A DNA stretch of 63,924 nt, the filler included, from Folioceros fuciformis (Eukaryota): the NCBI GenBank assembly GCA_049999805.1. It is 10 parts of 10 records of this genome, joined end to end, with 100 filler letters (N's around TTAATTAATTAA, not from the genome) between each part and the next. Parts side by side here need not be neighbours in the genome. Positions count along the whole stretch, not along the records: positions 62,186 to 63,924 come from JBNGIO010003035.1; 9 more parts are not named here. One strand, given 5' to 3'. The notes beneath the pieces were generated by a model. That model saw only the letters and a program-made list of their open reading frames with translations, was not told the DNA's origin and ran no database searches. The position numbers and the translations under genes are program-made. Positions 62,086-63,924 of this stretch are shown piece by piece; position 1 is the stretch's first letter; each line of letters opens with the position of its first letter.

Positions 62086-62924
62086 NNNNNNNNNNNNNNN
62101 NNNNNNNNNNNNNNNNNNNNNNNNNNNNNTTAATTAATTAANNNNNNNNNNNNNNNNNNNNNNNNNNNNNNNNNNNNNNNNNNNNGACTAGAACGAGGAG
62201 GAGCCAGAAGCACCTCAGGGGCAGGCACCAGAAATGGAAGTGGTCCCTCCTGAGGGTATGACGGAATTAGGGCACGTTCCGGAGCAGGAAACCTTCCCAG
62301 AATGGAAGGATGTTTTTAGAAAAATTCCTCAAGAGGATAGGCTGCAGACAGAGGAGCTGGAGAAGTTATGAGCGCTGCTGAGAAGGCGGATAACCTAGAG
62401 GGGAGTGGCTCCTATAGGGTCGCAGGAGGTGAGTCTGCCAGAACTAACCTCAGCCGTGGTGCAAGCACAAGCGGATGTATTAGACCAGGTGGCCAAGGCA
62501 TTAACCTGGCTGAGCAAGCAGGCGGAGAAGGAGGCCGAGGCCTGAAGTAGGGAGGGAGAGGCAAGTGGAAAGGAGTCAGAAGCTTGGAGACAACTGGCAG
62601 AATCTGAGACGGCACGACAGCTCCTGGAAGAAGAGCAGCGGGTCCTGAGCAAGGGCAAAGCACAAGTAGAAGAAGAGGCGCACCAGGCTAGGGCGGAGAT
62701 CCAGGCGCTGGTGGAGCAACAGGAGTCACTCCTAGCTCAGGTGAGGGTAGCCCATGAGACTAATTTGGAGATATAGCAGGAGGTGGCTAAGGCTCAGAAG
62801 CAAGAGATGGCCACGATGGAACAAGTCCAAAAGCTGGCGGACAGGTACAAACGGGAGCGGGACGAGGCCAGGGAGCAAATAAAAGGGAAAGGCAAGGTTG
62901 GGGCGCAGGAGGTGGACGGCGATG

Positions 62925-63170
62925 CCGGTAGCCGAAGGGGCTACTGGTAGTCGAGTTCCCAAACTGGTAGCCGACGGGGCTACTGGTAGACGAGTCCCCA
63001 AACCGGTAGCCGACGGGGCTACCGGTAGACGAGTCCCCGAACCGGTAGCCGAGCAACAATGCCGGTAGCTGACAGGGCTACCGATAGACGAATAGCCACA
63101 CCGATAGCCGGAGGGCCTACTGGTAGTCTCGTGACGCCCGAGGTAGTTGAAGGGGCTACTGGTGGAGGAG
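62925..63170 (+). repeat. Degenerate ~39-bp tandem repeat with internal hairpin, inside a decayed Glu/Gln-rich reading frame (62186-63320)
   Basis: ccggtagccgacggggctac(c/t)ggtagacgagtccccaaa at 62925, 62964, 63003, followed by decaying copies. Confidence 0.85.
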
Positions 63171-63924
63171 GGACGACGTTGATAGCTGAAGCCACAACCC
63201 CAGTAGCCAAAGAAATGAGGGCAGAGGCGCCTATGCCTAGGCGTTCCAGGAGGGCGACTCGCACCAGGCGGATTGAGTTGGGGGACGCAACAGCAGTTGG
63301 AGGGATGAAGGACTCTTAGGTACCCCTGGAGAGCAGGGGACAGACAGCACGAGGTAGCCCAAGGGAGGAAAGGGTAAGCACCTCCTTTATGACAGAGGGT
63401 CAGGTTATGCTGCAGTATGAGGAGGAGGCCTCTTATGTGCTAGGCCTCTATGTGGAAGGAGCCCGAGTTCTGAAGCTGTTTTTGTATATACGTATGGGCA
63501 TAGGAGGGACGTGGGGCTACGGCCTACAACTGAAGACCCGTAGGGGCATCTACTACTACCGCTGGCGGGTGTGGGGGCTGCCTCATTGTTATTCCAAGGT
63601 AGTCTTGGAGGAACTGATGGAGGAGGAGGCGCAGCAGTGGGTTGAACGGGAGCCTGTCCTCATCCTCAGTAATTGGTGACGGAGGGAGGAGAGGGATTTC
63701 TTGCAACGGGACCCACCTGTGCCACCGCCAGCGAGGGCCAGCAATAGTAGCAGTGAAGTGGAGGTCCTTTGGGAGGACCTGCCTGACCAGCGGCGAGGTA
63801 GGAGGGCCACAGGCGGACCAGTAGGGGGAGGAGCGCGATGGCCAGGAGGAAGGCGCCAACAACAAGGAGGGAGGCATTAGTAATTACAGTCTAGACTAGC
63901 TTTTTTTAGATTGTTTTTGCTTGG

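Overview
Eukaryotic nuclear DNA from a seed-free land plant, most likely a hornwort-like genome (short ~80-160 bp introns; PLS-class PPR genes with a PGxSWW 'WW-type' box). The window is not one contiguous locus: ten segments are joined by an artificial 100-bp linker (44 N + TTAATTAATTAA + 44 N), so adjacency across linkers carries no meaning. Most of the sequence is Ty1/copia LTR-retrotransposon DNA: one structurally complete element (7106-13323) and about nine partial or degenerate ones. There is also a gypsy integrase remnant and a 5'-truncated CRE-like non-LTR element. Three host genes look intact: a 4-exon 2-oxoglutarate/Fe(II) dioxygenase, a ~1050-aa PLS-E PPR editing factor and a 7-exon plastid-type phosphatidate cytidylyltransferase. 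The two most interesting signals are: (1) a decayed gene at 34731-37217 that appears to fuse a ParB-like domain to a prokaryote-type N4C/N6A DNA amino-methyltransferase, has an array of 24-bp palindromes with short spacers in its putative intron, and lies directly upstream of a MULE-type SWIM transposase remnant; (2) four different copia elements that each carry an extra coiled-coil ORF upstream of gag, two of them with LTRs ending in TA rather than CA. All protein calls come from motif recognition by eye; no searches were run.
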